From IMG/VR virus record IMGVR_UViG_2695420871_000007: 9,154 bases of DNA. One strand, 5' to 3'. A program made the translations under genes and the position numbers. Position 1 is the stretch's first letter, and every line of letters starts with the position of its first letter. Source of the stretch: a virus (Duplodnaviria > Heunggongvirae > Uroviricota > Caudoviricetes). The notes under the pieces are model-generated. The model saw only the letters and a list, made by a program, of their open reading frames with translations, ran no database searches and was not told the DNA's origin. Shown one piece after another: positions 7,452 to 9,154 of the stretch.

Positions 7452-7932
7452 CGAGTAAATCCGGTAATTTATCCCCTGCCCGCGCACACTGATTTGCCCC
7501 CTTCGCAATAAGGGTTTTCAGATGGTCAAGATGGCGTGGTGTTAAATCAGGAAACTGTCGTTGCATGGATAAAGGGATGGAATCAAGCGTACTGGATAAC
7601 GCCATTGCCAGCTTGCTGAGGGCAAAAATACAGAACCCGGTGTCAATAAGTTTTCCTTTTGACACCTCATTTTTTAACTGCTGTGTAACAGCCTGTTCTG
7701 CTGTCAGTTCCCATCTGGCAATAAGCAATTTTTCCTCATAGTCGTCTTCGCTATCGCCATCAGGCACATCGTTTTTACTTCTTCTCAGATACGATATGTA
7801 AAAATCGCGCCAGGCATCCAGATCCAGTTGCCCTCGCTTATTCGATATCGGGGCACCCGGCAATTTCTGCAATCTGCGAAGCTGGCGATCGGTCAGACTT
7901 AAATGCCTGGCAACTTCAGTCTGCGTAGCCAC
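7423..7932 (-). CDS. Nu1: Terminase small subunit, lambda gpNu1-like (N-terminal HTH DNA-binding domain, C-terminal gpA-interaction region)
   Basis: 169-aa ORF with an apparent GTG start at 7932..7930; a GAGG motif lies 6 nt upstream. The C-terminal half matches recalled lambda Nu1 (T(G/A)FC.F.LS..A....S.LD..PLS.QR.FP.L..RH.D.LK and ...LL.EYI). The N-terminal part diverges but keeps the pattern of a DNA-binding helix-turn-helix. The 3' end overlaps the A start by about 29 nt, as in lambda. Confidence 0.85.
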   Translation of the reverse strand: MATQTEVARHLSLTDRQLRRLQKLPGAPISNKRGQLDLDAWRDFYISYLRRSKNDVPDGDSEDDYEEKLLIARWELTAEQAVTQQLKNEVSKGKLIDTGFCIFALSKLAMALSSTLDSIPLSMQRQFPDLTPRHLDHLKTLIAKGANQCARAGDKLPDLLDEYIRATTE

Positions 7933-7972
7933 TCCTCACCTCGCAAAAACTCTCACCTCACAATCACAACAA

Positions 7973-8048
7973 AACCGGTCATGTCCGGTTCACAGAAGAC
8001 CTGTTTTTATATTTTTCATATAGTTAACTTGAAGATAAACCGGACATG
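7973..8048. repeat. cosB-position repeat set: three copies of an 11-bp motif AACCGGWCATG (candidate terminase small-subunit binding elements) flanking an AT-rich tract
   Basis: AACCGGTCATG at 7973..7983 (top strand), AACCGGACATG at 7980..7990 (bottom strand, overlapping the first to form a near-palindrome) and AACCGGACATG at 8038..8048 (top strand). The interval 7991..8037 is AT-rich. They sit between cosN and the Nu1 start, where lambda has R3-I1-R2-R1. Confidence 0.5.
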
Positions 8049-8130
8049 GATCCAGGAAAATTTTCATAAATAGCGAAAACCCGCGAGGTCGCCGCCCCGT
8101 AACCGGTCGGATCGCCGGAAAGGACTCACG
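8045..8130. other. Cohesive-end site (cos): cosN 12-nt overhang at 8086..8097 with lambda-like flanks
   Basis: The reverse complement of 8045..8097 reads GGGCGGCGACCTCGCGGGTTTTCGCTATTTATGAAAATTTTCC, which as I recall is the first 43 nt of the lambda genome (cosN overhang GGGCGGCGACCT plus the proximal flank). The far side (8098..8130, reverse complement ...GGCGATCCGACCGGTTACG) also resembles my recollection of the lambda right terminus (...GATCCGACAGGTTACG). Confidence 0.85.
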
Positions 8131-8132
8131 AA

Positions 8133-8149
8133 ATGATAATTATTATCAT
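8133..8149. promoter_or_regulatory. 17-bp perfect palindrome ATGATAAT-t-ATTATCAT, Fur-box-like (GATAAT/ATTATC hexamers); candidate operator
   Basis: Perfect 8-bp arms around a central T. TGATAATtATTATC matches the 3' 14 nt of the classic 19-bp Fur consensus GATAATGATAATCATTATC at 13 of 14 positions by my hand count. It is followed by TATATAAG, a possible -10 region. Function is not established. Confidence 0.3.
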
Positions 8150-8303
8150 CTATATAAGGTTTATCACAACATGTGTGTACGCCATCAAACCACGAGAAAT
8201 AATCAATTATGACGCAGGTATCGTATTAATTGATCTGCATCAAATTAACGTAAAAGCAACTTCAGATAATACAAATCAGCAACACTGAATATGGGGAAAC
8301 ATT

Positions 8304-8489
8304 ATGTCATCAAAGAACAGAACCCGCAGAACAACAACCCGCAACATCCGATTTCCAAACCAGATGATTGAACAAATTAACATCGCTCTTGATCTGAAAG
8401 GTTCAGGAAACTTTTCAGCGTGGGTTATTGAAGCCTGCAGAAGAAGGCTGTCAACAGAGAGTTCGGGTATGAATTACATAATTAAGTAA
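8304..8489 (+). CDS. Small basic ribbon-helix-helix-like protein (61 aa), possibly of the YlcI/YnfO type found next to nohD/nohA in E. coli cryptic prophages; likely DNA-binding accessory (moron) gene
   Basis: The ORF has a GGGGAA Shine-Dalgarno-like motif 5 nt upstream of the ATG. After a basic N-terminal tail (KNRTRRTTTR) comes IRFPNQMIEQINIALDL....GNFSAWVIEACRRRL, the strand-helix-helix pattern of Arc/CopG-type repressors. Its position next to cos and Nu1, on the opposite strand to the late genes, matches where ylcI and ynfO lie in DLP12 and Qin. Family assignment is from memory only. Confidence 0.6.
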   Translation: MSSKNRTRRTTTRNIRFPNQMIEQINIALDLKGSGNFSAWVIEACRRRLSTESSGMNYIIK

Positions 8490-8621
8490 CATGGTGTTCA
8501 CAGAACACGCAGTTACCGGACACATCAGTTTTCCATTCGCTCCCTGGCAGTACAGGCTTCCCCTCTGACGGGATAGCCTGAAAAAATAACACAGAAAATT
8601 ATTTGTTATAATTAATATAAC

Positions 8622-8762
8622 TTACTCAAAAAAAAGCGACGAGAAAATCAGCATCAACGAACAATAAGCGCCAATACGTGATAACAAATGGCAGCCATAT
8701 TTATCTGCAGTATAAGCAATGGACAGGATAACCACACCAGAAACCGTCAGCATAAAATCCAT
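8622..8762 (-). CDS. Unlisted small ORF (46 codons) encoding a predicted two-helix hydrophobic membrane peptide
   Basis: Hand translation of the minus strand: ATG(8762..8760) GAT TTT ATG ... GAG TAA(8624..8622) gives MDFMLTVSGVVILSIAYTADKYGCHLLSRIGAYCSLMLIFSSLFFE. A GGGGAAG Shine-Dalgarno-like motif lies 5 nt upstream. Two hydrophobic stretches are separated by a short polar DKYGCH..SR turn. It is below the size cutoff of the supplied ORF track and is in the late-operon orientation. No homolog recognised. Confidence 0.35.
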   Translation of the reverse strand: MDFMLTVSGVVILSIAYTADKYGCHLLSRIGAYCSLMLIFSSLFFE

Positions 8763-9018
8763 TTGAACTTCCCCGGACAAAATCGACTCATCTAAAGATT
8801 TACAGCTCTTTTTATTATTAATATGTTAAAAGCAAAATAAACAGATGTTCAATAACACGAATACAAAAACGTGCTGAAATTCAATGAATCCATTTCTGTG
8901 TCATCAATTAATAGTGATAAACATCCGGCTTCTTCCACCATCGCACCGGACAGGCGACTATGAGGGGACAACGCCGCGCTCCGTTAACGCGGTAAACCCC
9001 GGTGTGTATCGTTTTTGA

Positions 9019-9154
9019 TTATCCCCGCACACTCGCGCAGAGGAGTCTCCCTGTCGGGCTGCGGTCTCTGTTAATGAGGGAATACAGCGACGATACGGCG
9101 CATTGAGGTGTACTGGCAATAGCGGACACTACCATTTGTTCTTTTTTTAAGCAG
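9019..9154 (-). CDS. Possible 3' end of a minus-strand gene entering from beyond the window (unidentified)
   Basis: One minus-strand frame is open from the window edge to a TAA at 9021..9019 (...KKEQMVVSAIASTPQCAVSSLYSLINRDRSPTGRLLCASVRG*). This region is more GC-rich than the adjacent AT-rich tract. No recognisable homology; it could equally be non-coding. Confidence 0.2.
   Translation of the reverse strand, partial: CLKKEQMVVSAIASTPQCAVSSLYSLINRDRSPTGRLLCASVRG

Noticed and set aside
7452-7508. N-terminal extension of the track ORF for terminase A (19 extra codons)
   Set aside because: The lambda-homologous start MNIS... is the internal ATG at 7451. The extension lies inside the Nu1 coding region and has no counterpart in lambda A.
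8553-8580. Imperfect inverted repeat CAGGCT...AGCCTG between the convergent RHH gene and the small hydrophobic ORF, considered as a bidirectional terminator
   Set aside because: The stem is interrupted, and the flanking homopolymer runs are on the wrong side for either strand (A-run after the hairpin on plus, U-run before it on minus), so it does not fit a canonical intrinsic terminator.
8658-8795. Plus-strand 35-codon ORF (MAAIFICSISNGQDNHTRNRQHKIHLNFPGQNRLI) antisense to the small hydrophobic ORF
   Set aside because: No ribosome-binding site, and a polar, low-complexity product. More likely a chance frame opposite the minus-strand ORF.
8957-9094. Two loosely similar segments beginning ATGAGGG (about 8957..8980 and 9071..9094), considered as a direct repeat or pair of mini-ORFs
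   Set aside because: Similarity is short and degenerate, the flanks do not match, and the ORFs are only about 10 codons. Probably coincidental.
1-9154. Screen for CRISPR arrays, tRNA/rRNA genes, integrase/attachment sites and transposase/IS elements
   Set aside because: No regularly spaced direct repeats, no cloverleaf-compatible conserved tRNA motifs noticed, and no integrase or transposase-like ORF. The window covers head genes, cos and adjacent cargo, not an integration module.

Overview
This window is the left-arm head morphogenesis and DNA-packaging module of a lambda-like (lambdoid) phage or prophage, encoded entirely on the minus strand, plus the cos site and about 1 kb of AT-rich accessory DNA from the opposite genome end. 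Reading the minus strand from high to low coordinates: cos (cosN 8086..8097, matching lambda), terminase small subunit Nu1, terminase large subunit A, head-tail connector W, portal B, prohead protease/scaffold C with a nested Nu3-like scaffold start, decoration protein D, major capsid E, FI and FII. Identifications rest on my recollection of lambda protein and cos sequences; no database search was run. Protein similarity to lambda is clear but well short of identity, so this is a lambda relative, not lambda itself. The most interesting points are: a lambda-type cosN joined to a cosB-position region built from three copies of an 11-bp motif (AACCGGWCATG); a triplicated scaffold motif inside C/Nu3; an intrinsic-terminator-like hairpin between E and FI; and the AT-rich region beyond cos, which holds a small ribbon-helix-helix-like gene, a Fur-box-like palindrome and an unlisted 46-codon hydrophobic ORF. 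No tRNA, rRNA, CRISPR array or transposase was seen.
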